Assembly (NCBI GenBank): GCA_965208835.1
Contig: OZ242358.1
Span: forward strand, 2,007,325-2,071,324
Length of the DNA: 64,000 bases
Reading direction: 5' to 3'
Origin: Candidatus Latescibacterota bacterium
GTDB taxonomy: Bacteria > Latescibacterota > UBA2968 > GCA-2709665
Positions within the stretch are counted from its first letter, which is position 1. Every line of letters starts with the position of its first letter. The notes under the pieces were generated by a model. The model saw only the letters and a program-made list of their open reading frames with translations, was not told the DNA's origin and did not search any database. The position numbers and the translations under genes are program-made. Shown in pieces: positions 10,601 to 18,844 of the stretch.

Positions 10601-10942
10601 TTTCCTGCAGTACGGACAATGAAGGCGCCATGGGTCGTCAAGGGACCAGTCGAAGGTGCTGTAGTACCGCACCCTGAAGGGATGGATGGGACAGGCGCAG
10701 GTATAGATGCCGCGCGGCTCCCGGTGCCAGGTGGTCTCCAGGAACCACGCATCGGGCTTTACCGACCACTTTTCCGCTTCGGCGAGAGACTCGTCCGCCC
10801 AGGCACGAACCTCCTCGTCTCCGGCCGCGTACCGGCGACGGATCTCGTCGACGGAAACGGGGCCAATCCAGATGTTGGGTCGATCGGGGAATGCGACCAC
10901 GCGGTGGCCCTTGCCTTCAGGGGAAGTCCAGGATGCATTCAC
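7631..10942 (-). CDS. heparinase II/III-like (polysaccharide lyase-like) protein with a Cys/His-rich N-terminal segment
   Basis: Track ORF 7631..11161 overlaps the upstream gene. GTG 10942 (GGAGA about 10 nt upstream) is more plausible. The central/C-terminal region contains GHYHMAPLNLTLFAIGHELATDLGY and HNHDWTFHGNGH, resembling the heparinase II/III family. The start is uncertain. Confidence 0.7.
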   Translation of the reverse strand: MNASWTSPEGKGHRVVAFPDRPNIWIGPVSVDEIRRRYAAGDEEVRAWADESLAEAEKWSVKPDAWFLETTWHREPRGIYTCACPIHPFRVRYYSTFDWSLDDPWRLHCPYCRKDGRQFAYYPNPRYPDDGDGCFPTNEVWREDHDEAWSKAHDGITWEHWDGEAHGYVEPTNAFYFKALCWMNALRALSGNVLHRLGEACHAARLKSDQQTARRHARKARVLLVTLSRAFLGDPYLASLLEISESDLQERLADFYENGTPEKSYSGYRLYAPFDHIEGDPKRPLNAPGDRYGTKGASIYPGVWNWKASLAQDLMVGYSMVAESFDEAESDLKAAALRILTSVEGDSLKLQASGGMLKRGILEYTLHPYALVTGADNLSTSTQMPRLQLGRIVGDDRLMENVARDIFYFLHNFFTGDGLGKEGSPSYTSWGISSVMEAIHGQRGAFDRNAPYYDGILNGINMLSLPVFKHGLGQFLKTGFPDGRPIAWEDCVIRAAMPMEPLALAETHGGGIPDAYREYLNIDPEGDPVVSLKLPMPLPSHLLGQNRKAILRSGQGDRTRTLSLDYTERVGHYHMAPLNLTLFAIGHELATDLGYMGSTHFMTVDWIKTFPAHNTVAIRTRDGDPMGTDNLRGDLRFFADLPGFKAIDAAEEDADELGKVPGACRYQRTVALIDCDPENGYVVDVFRVSGGHNHDWTFHGNGHRFFTEGVDLTDRPDPSESLYDFSGFTFTPSRRTPRVGARWGTQRVTQLSAGYSNGPWTATWGDVSEYPNPDGSQEIDTEAFLKLHMLDAPGSEIIAGTGPAQRWLDNRDLGEQMKLVTVRRRNSNLPNTFLAVHEPYRNSPFIERASRLSCENHEAEGFQVTHSRGTDLVLSNPSGAPCEISNDGGELHSDGELAYASFDAHGLRMLAIIGGTFAEAGGRRLQPLPTIEGLLTGFDDVEKTLTIQPEAEIADPNALPGKTITIRHRKRASAYTIGSAERSPDGACTLRLDGYPHLAVGYLLVTAVEKDRAWVEPPPVIQGKEDNLNIYKAGRDRRLVFIQPLNDRVSEDILDERGTRIRTRYALALDGAEHLSAGDEIAFSALHPGVDRFRIFGSGHWQR

Positions 10943-11073
10943 GGACAGTCGATCTCCATTCAGATCCAGGAATAACGAAGCGCAATCACACTGAACTGTC
11001 CCCCACCCAAGGGGCGAAGGGCGACTATTGGCTGATATTGGCGTATGGTTTCCGGAAAGAGAACGCGTCGTAC

Positions 11074-12363
11074 TCAGGCAGCTTCTTCTGCCGCGATTTC
11101 CGCGAGGCGCTCGCCGTGATTCGCCACTTTTGAAAAAGCCGCGGCAACCTGGTCCACCCACGTGGAACTGGGATCGACGGGAGTGGACAGCCAGAAGCCT
11201 GAATCATGAATGCGTTCGCTGACCGGCAGATCGCCCCGGCTGTAGGGGATTCTCGTGTCAGAAGGAAGGTCGCCCCAGGGTCCGCCGAGGTCATCGAACG
11301 GGAAGTCGTTGAAAAGCGGCTCCAGGTGCATCACACCGTAGCCGAAGGGCGTAATTGCCGGCGTGGTTGCCACGCCCTCCGCCACGAGCGCTTTCAGGAT
11401 GACGGATACCGGCGCGCCGATTTCCCTGGTATCGATGGTGCCGGTATACAGAAGGAGTCCGCCTCGCACCGCCTGCGGGTAGGTCTCCTGGGGATGTATG
11501 CCCTTGACGGTTTCCAGTTTGTTGTTCAGCCGCCCGAACCAGGCGCGCCTCTTTTCGTTCAGCCCGGGCAACCGTTCAAGCTGCGCGCGCGCCATGGCCA
11601 CGCCCAGTGGATTCGCCCTGTACTTGATGCCCAGGCCCATGTTGCGGAGGTCCCGGAATCTGTCGGTGACATAAGCCTTTTCACATCTTCCATAGTGGCC
11701 CAGAGCCAACATTCTGTCGTAGAGGTCTTCGTCATCGGTCACGACCACGCCGGCTTCGATCCCGGTGACCGGCTTGCTCCCCTGAAGGCTGAAGCAGCCG
11801 ACGTGACCGAGAGAGCCCACCGGTGCGCCGTTCCATAGGGCGCCGTGGGCGTGTGAAGCGTCTTCGATCAGCGTGATATCTGTTCCTTCGACGAGTTCGC
11901 GGAAGGCGTCCATGTGTGCGGGATTGCCATAAACGTGGGTCACGATGATCGCACACGTATTCTCCGTGATCCGGCGCTCTGCGTCCGCTGGATCCGCGCA
12001 GAAGGTGCCGGGGTCGGCGTCGCAGAACACGGGCGTTGCGCCGCAGTGAAGGATGGGCGTGATGCTTGCGTGCCACGTGACCGATGGCACGATGACCTCC
12101 TTGCCGATCCGGGCGCCCGATGCGAAGACTGCCGAGTGCAGGGCCGCCGTGCCGTTGCAGGTGGCAATGGCGAATCGTGAGCCTGTGAACGCGCGGAATT
12201 CCTCCTGAAAACCGTCGATCTGGGAGTAGGAATCGCCCAGACCGCCTTCAAGCACGTTCATTACGGATTGTTTCTCGAGGCCCGTGACGGTTTTCCAGCC
12301 GTCACTCTGAGGTTCGGTTACCGCCGGAGGGCCGCCGTCCAGAGCCAGGTCCGATATGGACAT
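11074..12363 (-). CDS. DegT/DnrJ/EryC1/StrS-family PLP-dependent aminotransferase
   Basis: ATG 12363 (MSISDLALDGGPP) is preferred over track start 12540. The CNGTAALHSA, EDASHAHG and CFSLQGSKPV context is typical of the family. Confidence 0.85.
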   Translation of the reverse strand: MSISDLALDGGPPAVTEPQSDGWKTVTGLEKQSVMNVLEGGLGDSYSQIDGFQEEFRAFTGSRFAIATCNGTAALHSAVFASGARIGKEVIVPSVTWHASITPILHCGATPVFCDADPGTFCADPADAERRITENTCAIIVTHVYGNPAHMDAFRELVEGTDITLIEDASHAHGALWNGAPVGSLGHVGCFSLQGSKPVTGIEAGVVVTDDEDLYDRMLALGHYGRCEKAYVTDRFRDLRNMGLGIKYRANPLGVAMARAQLERLPGLNEKRRAWFGRLNNKLETVKGIHPQETYPQAVRGGLLLYTGTIDTREIGAPVSVILKALVAEGVATTPAITPFGYGVMHLEPLFNDFPFDDLGGPWGDLPSDTRIPYSRGDLPVSERIHDSGFWLSTPVDPSSTWVDQVAAAFSKVANHGERLAEIAAEEAA

Positions 12364-12563
12364 ATCCAGTGTTCTCCCCTTATTAACGCCATGTGAATCG
12401 CTGCGGTACCACTGTGTACATCCCCGATAAAACCGGTGGGTATCTTGCGCCCGAAACAGGTATCTGAGCCGTGTCGTCGTGAAGTCGACGGCTGTTTTTC
12501 CAAGGTCATGCAAGATAGCAAACGGGATGGGAATTGTCAAAGCGGAAGCCGACCCGGCGAGGC

Positions 12564-12592
12564 TTGACAGCCGTACCGGTGTACGTTATATA
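12564..12592 (+). promoter_or_regulatory. candidate sigma70-type promoter for the rhodanese-mauE pair
   Basis: TTGACA (12564-12569), 17-bp spacer, TATATA (12587-12592), about 35 nt upstream of the 12628 start. Sequence match only. Confidence 0.4.
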
Positions 12593-12627
12593 TAGACGGT
12601 ACGATTCATCTACGGGAGGCCGTTCTG

Positions 12628-13128
12628 ATGGTTCGATTCCGGCTTGTATTGAAGGCGGTCGTTATTCTGCTGGCTGGATCGGGCGTGGGCCTTGCTTACA
12701 ACGCCCTGTCCGCCTCCGGAATTCCTCTTCAGACTCCTAAAAACGTGACGCAGGCCGAACATGTGAACTGGAGCCTGTACCTCGAGGGCGTCCGGGCAAG
12801 TCTTGCCGACGCGAAGGCGGCTTACGACTCGGGGTCCGTGCTCTTCCTGGACGCGCGCATGCCGCGCGCCTATGCGGCCGGACACATACCCGGTGCGGTG
12901 AACCTGACGCCTCACGAACTGAATCAGAAGGGCAGGAAGAAGCTCGAAGGTGTTCGGAGGGACGCGCATATCATCACCTACTGTGGCGGAGCCAGCTGCC
13001 AGGCCAGTGTCAGGCTGGCGCACCTTCTGGCGAACGGCTTCGGGTTTACGCGCGTGCACGCTTTCTTCGACGGCTGGGGGGCATGGGCCGGAGCGGGATA
13101 TCCGGTCGCGAAGGGAGTCGACCCATGA
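12628..13128 (+). CDS. rhodanese-domain sulfurtransferase-like protein with an N-terminal membrane anchor/signal
   Basis: 166 aa with a hydrophobic N-terminus. LFLDARMPRAYAAGHIPGAVNL and the active-site-loop-like ITYCGGASCQAS fit the rhodanese fold. Confidence 0.8.
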   Translation: MVRFRLVLKAVVILLAGSGVGLAYNALSASGIPLQTPKNVTQAEHVNWSLYLEGVRASLADAKAAYDSGSVLFLDARMPRAYAAGHIPGAVNLTPHELNQKGRKKLEGVRRDAHIITYCGGASCQASVRLAHLLANGFGFTRVHAFFDGWGAWAGAGYPVAKGVDP

Positions 13129-13583
13129 GTCAGGTCTGGCGCGGCGTCCCCGTCGTCTTGCGCCTCGCGCTCGGCGGGGTGTTGATGTGGGCGGGACTGG
13201 CCAAGATTTCGGAGCCGGCGCTGTTTGCGATGACGGTTCGAGCATACAACGTGCTGCCAAATGCGTTTATTAACGGGTTCGCCGTGGTCGTGCCCTGGAT
13301 GGAAGTCGTCGCCGGGACATGCCTGCTGGCGGGTCTCTGGTCCCGGAGCGCCGCGCTTGCCGCCCTCGCGCTGCTCTGGTCGTTCGGCGTCGCTCTCACG
13401 ATTAATATCTACCGGGGCGCGAATCTCGACTGCGGCTGCTTCGGGCTGGACGGCACTCGCGGCTCGCTCAATACGGCGCTCGTGCAGGACCTGTTGCTGA
13501 TCGCGTGTTCGCTGGTGTTGTTGTTTGTGCGCAATATGCCGCTGTCGCTGGATCGGTGTCTCTTCAAAACTGCCGACCCGTAG
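13125..13583 (+). CDS. MauE/DoxX-family membrane protein
   Basis: ATG 13125 overlaps the rhodanese stop (ATGA). About four hydrophobic helices and a DCGCFG motif are typical of the MauE family. Track ORF starts at 13083. Confidence 0.75.
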   Translation: MSQVWRGVPVVLRLALGGVLMWAGLAKISEPALFAMTVRAYNVLPNAFINGFAVVVPWMEVVAGTCLLAGLWSRSAALAALALLWSFGVALTINIYRGANLDCGCFGLDGTRGSLNTALVQDLLLIACSLVLLFVRNMPLSLDRCLFKTADP

Positions 13584-13695
13584 TTGCCCGGCTCGTCTCA
13601 TTTCCATATTGTCTGTTCTGGCGTGTTCAGGTGCGGCGCCGTTTTGCTACGGTTCCGCTTTTCTGATTTAATAGATAAAGGATCGTTCCGATCTG

Positions 13696-16600
13696 GTGGA
13701 TTCGACTGTGAGATATCTTTGCATCGCGCTGGTACTCGCCTGCCTTTCAGGGGCGTGCGACACCCATGTCCCGGAGCCCGGAAGCGAGGCATACCGGCAG
13801 GCGGTCACCGATTTCTATACGGGCCTTGCGGCGCTCGACGTGGGCGCCCACGACAGAGCTGCCGCCGCGCTCAGCCGGTTGACAGAAAACATCCCCGGTG
13901 AACCCGCGGGGTGGGCGAATCTGGCCCTTTTGCAGTTTTCGCTGGGCCGGGAGGAAGAGGCGATCAGATCGGTGGAGCGCGCACAGGGACCCGCGCCGGA
14001 GAACGCGGAGCTCGCGCTCCTGATGGGGACATTCGAGAGCCGCCGCGGCCGCACGGACGAAGCGGTTTTTCACCTCCGGCGCGCGTTGAGCCTTGCCGGG
14101 GCCGGGCACCTCAAAGCGGGCTACGCGCTGGCGCGTGAGCTGGAACGGAAGGGAGATGCGGCGGGGGCGCTTGCCGTGGTGGAAAGTCTGCTCGTTGAGG
14201 CGCCAACGAATCTGGCGCTCCTTCTGGAGCGGATCCGGCTGGCGGCCAAGGCGCAGGATGCCGATGGGCTGAAGCTGTATGTTGCACGGGTGTCCCGCCG
14301 GACCGGCGGGTGGCCGGAAGCGGCGAGGGCTCAGTTGCAGGCGCTGGCGGATGCGGAAACGGACTTCAGGCTCGCCGCGAGGCACGCGGCATTCCTGAAC
14401 AACGCGCTGTTGCGAACGCCGGTTTTCCGCAGAGACCTGAGTCTCGTGCGTCTGCCTGCCCAGGCGGCGGGAGAACCACTGCGGCGATTCGTGAAGATGC
14501 GAAGTCCGTCCGCAGATCCGGCGCCGGCCGATGCGTCACTCACGTTTGTTTCGAAAACCCTCGACAGCTCCGCGGGCGGAACGATGCTTGGCATCGCCTG
14601 GGCGGATACGCCCGTCGTGCTGATGGCAACTGACGATTCCGTGCGCTGGCTGGATTCTTCGGGACGGACCGTCCCGACGTCCAAACCCGGGGGTGTCGGC
14701 GTGCGCGGTCTGCTGTCGGCGGACTGGAACAATGACTTCGGAATGGATCTGGTTGTGGCAGGCGGCGGTGGTGTTCGTCTGTACCGGCAGGGCGACGGCG
14801 GGGCACTTCTGGATGTGACCGGCGTCTCCGGGCTCGATGCGGATGTGACCGGGGCAGCCTATACGGGCGTATGGCCTGCGGACATTGAGATGGATGGGGA
14901 TCTCGACCTGGTACTCGGAGGTCCGGAAGCGTGCCTGGTTCTGCGCAACAATGGTGACGGTACGTTCGCCGTCGTTCGGCCTTTCGAGGGCGTGTCCGGC
15001 GCGCGGGCCTTCGAATGGACGGATCTCGATGACGACGGCGTTCCCGATGCGGCACTGGTCGACAGCCGGGGTCGGCTGGTTGTCTTTCTCAATAAGCGCA
15101 GCGGGTCGTTCGTGCGGTCGTACGAAGGCCGGTACGAGGCAAGCGCACTCGTGTCCGGTGACGTGGACGGCGATGGCAGCCTGAACCTGCTCATCCTGAA
15201 CGGACGCGGCGGGGTTTCGTCGATCTCGCGCGGCGGCGGCCGCTGGGAAGTCAGAGAACTGGTCAGTACGAAGGCATTCGAGACGCCGGCGCGTCTGTTT
15301 CTGGCCGATATCGACAATAACGGACAACTGGACCTGGTCGCCAGCGGCGAAGCGGAGGGCGCATGCTGGCTGGGCGATGCGGAGGGTTCCTGGCGACGCA
15401 AAGTTCTGCCGAACGGCGTCAGGATCTTCGAAGTCCTGGACTTGACCGGAGACGGAAGCATCGATCTGCTGGGACTCTCTGAAGACGGGCGCCCGCGGAT
15501 GGTCGTCAGCATGGGCAACCGTGAATACCACTGGCAGGTCGTGCGGCCGCGTGTACGGGCGGTCCGCGGGGACGGGCGGATCAACTCATACGCGCTGGGC
15601 GGGGAGGTGTTGGTGCGGTCCGGTCTTCTGGCGCAGCGCCGGCCGATCCGGACGCCCATGGTTCATTTCGGGCTGGGCGAAAACGATCTGGCGAATGTCG
15701 TGCGGGTACAGTGGCCTAACGGAACCATTCAGGCGGAGTTCGACGTGGCGGCCGACCAGACAATTCTGGCGCAGCAGCGTCTGAAAGGGTCCTGCCCCTG
15801 GGTGTTCGCCTTCAATGGCGAAGAAATGGCCTTCATTAAGGACTTTCTCTGGCGGTCGCCGCTGGGGATGCGGATCAACGCACAGGTGACGGCAGGGGTG
15901 TCCCAGACGGAGGACTGGATCCTGATCCGGGGAGACGAACTGGTATCGCGGGACGGGCTCTATGAAATACGCATCACGTCCGAACTGTGGGAGACCCAGT
16001 TCGTGGACTGGGTTGAGCTGATGGTGGTCGACCATCCGCCGGACGTGGCAGTATTCGTGGACGAACGGTTTGCGATGCAACAGCCGGATCTGAGAGTGAT
16101 TCCAACGGGAACACCGTTGGCCCTGAACGCGGCGCGGGACGAAGAGGGGCGGGATGTTGCGGCAATGGTAAGCGCAAGAGACGCACGCTATCTCGATACG
16201 TTCGAAGTGGGACGATACCAGGGCGTCGCTGCCGATCACTGGGTTGAAGTCGATCTGCCGCAAGCCGCGAAAAACGGAGGAGGGTGGCTGATCGGCTACG
16301 GATGGATCTATCCGACGGACAGTTCGATCAACGTAGCGATGGGGCATGGCGCGGACGTAAGGCCCCGAGGGCTTCGCCTGGACGCGCTGCGCAGCGACGG
16401 CACATGGGAAACCGTGAAACCTGACCTGGGATTTCCCGCCGGGAAGTTCAAGACGATTGCGATCGATCTGGCGGGTGTGAAGTCCAGCCGCCTGCGCCTT
16501 CGGACGAACCTGGAGATCTACTGGGACTGGCTGGCGTGGGCTGAACGCGCAGACGGCGCGCAGCTGCAGACGCAACGCGTCAGATCCCGGACCGCGGCAC

Positions 16601-17064
16601 TGAGGGGGCGCGGGTTCTCGGAGATCTCGCATCCGGATCGGCGTTCCCCCGACGTCCCTCTGTATTCCGCGCCCGCGAACACCGCGCCCATGTGGTGGGA
16701 CCTGAGGGGTTACCACACCCGCTTCGGAGACGTGCGCCCCCTGCTTGCGGTGGTAGACGACCGGTATGTGATCATGAACGCCGGAGATGAGCTCGTGTTG
16801 AGTTTTCCCGATCCCGGACCGCCGCCGGACGGCTGGGTGCGGGACTTCGTGCTGATGGGCGACGGCTGGGTGAAGGACGGAGATTACAACACGGCGTTTT
16901 CCCGGACGGTACTGCCGCTGCCGTCGCACGCCTGGTCGGCGTACGAAACGCCGCCGGGCCGGCTGGAGGACGACCCCGTCTACCGGCGCAATCCGATGGA
17001 CTGGCAGGAATACCACACACGGTACGTCACGCCGGAGATTTCCCGGATGCACGCCGGCAGGTAG
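13696..17064 (+). CDS. large secreted/lipoprotein-like TPR + FG-GAP/VCBS repeat + ASPIC/UnbV domain protein
   Basis: 1122 aa with a GTG start and the signal-like N-terminus LCIALVLACLSGAC. It has a TPR-like helical region and repeated DxDGDGxxDL-type motifs. The ASPIC/UnbV-like stretch is NSYALGGEVLVR...VHFGLGEN...VRVQWPNG. A long C-terminal extension follows. Confidence 0.85.
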   Translation: MDSTVRYLCIALVLACLSGACDTHVPEPGSEAYRQAVTDFYTGLAALDVGAHDRAAAALSRLTENIPGEPAGWANLALLQFSLGREEEAIRSVERAQGPAPENAELALLMGTFESRRGRTDEAVFHLRRALSLAGAGHLKAGYALARELERKGDAAGALAVVESLLVEAPTNLALLLERIRLAAKAQDADGLKLYVARVSRRTGGWPEAARAQLQALADAETDFRLAARHAAFLNNALLRTPVFRRDLSLVRLPAQAAGEPLRRFVKMRSPSADPAPADASLTFVSKTLDSSAGGTMLGIAWADTPVVLMATDDSVRWLDSSGRTVPTSKPGGVGVRGLLSADWNNDFGMDLVVAGGGGVRLYRQGDGGALLDVTGVSGLDADVTGAAYTGVWPADIEMDGDLDLVLGGPEACLVLRNNGDGTFAVVRPFEGVSGARAFEWTDLDDDGVPDAALVDSRGRLVVFLNKRSGSFVRSYEGRYEASALVSGDVDGDGSLNLLILNGRGGVSSISRGGGRWEVRELVSTKAFETPARLFLADIDNNGQLDLVASGEAEGACWLGDAEGSWRRKVLPNGVRIFEVLDLTGDGSIDLLGLSEDGRPRMVVSMGNREYHWQVVRPRVRAVRGDGRINSYALGGEVLVRSGLLAQRRPIRTPMVHFGLGENDLANVVRVQWPNGTIQAEFDVAADQTILAQQRLKGSCPWVFAFNGEEMAFIKDFLWRSPLGMRINAQVTAGVSQTEDWILIRGDELVSRDGLYEIRITSELWETQFVDWVELMVVDHPPDVAVFVDERFAMQQPDLRVIPTGTPLALNAARDEEGRDVAAMVSARDARYLDTFEVGRYQGVAADHWVEVDLPQAAKNGGGWLIGYGWIYPTDSSINVAMGHGADVRPRGLRLDALRSDGTWETVKPDLGFPAGKFKTIAIDLAGVKSSRLRLRTNLEIYWDWLAWAERADGAQLQTQRVRSRTAALRGRGFSEISHPDRRSPDVPLYSAPANTAPMWWDLRGYHTRFGDVRPLLAVVDDRYVIMNAGDELVLSFPDPGPPPDGWVRDFVLMGDGWVKDGDYNTAFSRTVLPLPSHAWSAYETPPGRLEDDPVYRRNPMDWQEYHTRYVTPEISRMHAGR

Positions 17065-17078
17065 CCATCGAGTGTTCC

Positions 17079-18839
17079 ATGTCACGTCGAACGGTCCAGG
17101 GCATCATGTTCGCTGTCTTCGCGCTGCTGCTGGCGGTTCCCGTCGTCCGCAGATACGGTCCGTGGCCCGCGCGGGAAGAAGCGGCACATTACGGATTTGC
17201 GCTCCAGGAAGTCGCGGGCGCAAGCGGCGTCGATTTCGTACACCGCGGACCCACGCTGGACGCAAAGTTGGAACACATAATGCCGCACGTCGCCGCTATG
17301 GGCGCGGCAGTGTCCGTGGCGGATTTCGACCGCGACGGCTGGCAGGATCTTTACGTCACCAACAGCGGCGAGGGTTCCGCGAACCGGCTGTACCGCAATC
17401 TCGGCGACGGACAGTTCGAAGACGTGGCCCGAGGGATGGGCGTGGCGGATTTGAATCAACCGGGTACCGGGGTTTCCGTCGGCGCGGTATGGGGGGACTA
17501 CGACAACGACGGTTTCGAGGACCTCTTCGTGTACAAATGGGGTCGGCCGGAGTTGTTTCGCAACAATGCCGGACAGGGGTTTGCGCGAGTGACAGGTGAG
17601 GCGGGGTTGCCCGGCTGGGTCAACGCCGGCAGCGCCGTCTGGCTGGATTACGATTGCGACGGGCGTCTGGACCTGTTCATCGCCGGATACTGGCCCGATG
17701 GGCTTGATCTGTGGCATCTGGAATCCACCCGCATGATGCCGGAGAGTTTCGAATATGCCGAAAACGGCGGCCGGAAGTACCTGTTGCGCAATCGGGGCGA
17801 CGGGAGTTTCGAGGACGTTGCGGATCGTCTGGGTATTCGAAGCCGCCGCTGGACTCTTGCCGTGGCCGCAGGCGACCTGAACCGCTCCGGTTACCCGGAC
17901 CTGTTCCTGTCGAACGACTATGGCGTGTCGGAGCTCTACCAGAACCATGGCGGCAAGGCCTTCGAGGAGGTCGGTCGCCGGGCGGGCGTCGGGTACCAGC
18001 CGAAGAGCGGAATGAACGCGGTATTCGGCGACGTGCTGAATCAGGGCCGGCTGGCGATTTACGAGACCAATATCTCTGAAGCGGGGATTCTGCTTCAGGG
18101 TAACAACCTCTGGGTCGCCCGGCAGAGCGATGACCTGGCGTTCGAAAACCTCGCGCAGGTGATGGGCGTGGAACTGGGCGACTGGAGTTTCGGCGCGCAA
18201 TTCGGAGATCTCAATAACGACGGAAGGCTGGATCTGTATCTGACCAACGGCTACGTATCCGGCTCGGAGTCGGAGAGCTATTGGTACGATTTTTCCCAGG
18301 TTGCCGGCGGACACAGGGCGGTCATTTCAGACGCGAAGAACTGGCCAGCGATGAAGGGCCGCAGCCTCGCGGGCTACCAGAGAGCGCGTGTATGGGTGAA
18401 CGACGGAATGGGCCGGTTTGAAGACGCGGCTACGGCCGTCGGCGTGGACGACAGATATGATGGCCGCGCGGTGGCGCTCGTGGATCTCTGGAACCGTGGT
18501 GTACTGGACGTGGTGGTGGCCAACCAGCGCGGTCCGCTGTTGATATACAGAAACACCGTGAATTCCGATCGACAGTGGATCGGTTTCGAACTGGCGGGCG
18601 GGACGAGCAATCGAAGCGCGATCGGGGCGCAGGTGAGGCTGTTCTGGAACGGTCAGGAGCAGATGCAGGAAGTGTCGGGAGGCAGCGGTTTTTCGTCGCA
18701 GAACCAGCGGCGGCTGCACTTCGGGTTGGGCGTCCATCCGAAGCTGGAAAAGGCGGTTGTCACGTGGCCGTCGGGCCGGCGCAGAATTATGGAAAACCCG
18801 GTGTTAAACGTCTACCACCGCGTCGAGGAACCGCAATAA
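17079..18839 (+). CDS. CRTAC1-like FG-GAP repeat protein with a C-terminal ASPIC/UnbV domain
   Basis: 586 aa with an N-terminal hydrophobic helix. Repeats include DFDRDGWQDLYVTN, DYDNDGFEDLFV, DYDCDGRLDLFI and DLNNDGRLDLYLTN. The C-terminus reads RSAIGAQVRLFWNG...LHFGLG...VTWPSG. Confidence 0.85.
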   Translation: MSRRTVQGIMFAVFALLLAVPVVRRYGPWPAREEAAHYGFALQEVAGASGVDFVHRGPTLDAKLEHIMPHVAAMGAAVSVADFDRDGWQDLYVTNSGEGSANRLYRNLGDGQFEDVARGMGVADLNQPGTGVSVGAVWGDYDNDGFEDLFVYKWGRPELFRNNAGQGFARVTGEAGLPGWVNAGSAVWLDYDCDGRLDLFIAGYWPDGLDLWHLESTRMMPESFEYAENGGRKYLLRNRGDGSFEDVADRLGIRSRRWTLAVAAGDLNRSGYPDLFLSNDYGVSELYQNHGGKAFEEVGRRAGVGYQPKSGMNAVFGDVLNQGRLAIYETNISEAGILLQGNNLWVARQSDDLAFENLAQVMGVELGDWSFGAQFGDLNNDGRLDLYLTNGYVSGSESESYWYDFSQVAGGHRAVISDAKNWPAMKGRSLAGYQRARVWVNDGMGRFEDAATAVGVDDRYDGRAVALVDLWNRGVLDVVVANQRGPLLIYRNTVNSDRQWIGFELAGGTSNRSAIGAQVRLFWNGQEQMQEVSGGSGFSSQNQRRLHFGLGVHPKLEKAVVTWPSGRRRIMENPVLNVYHRVEEPQ

Positions 18840-18844
18840 TTCGG

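Noticed and set aside
13695-13706. 12-nt match (GGTGGATTCGAC) to the repeat B2 core at the start of the 13696 gene
   Set aside because: It is a single short word with no flanking similarity to family B. It is most likely chance.
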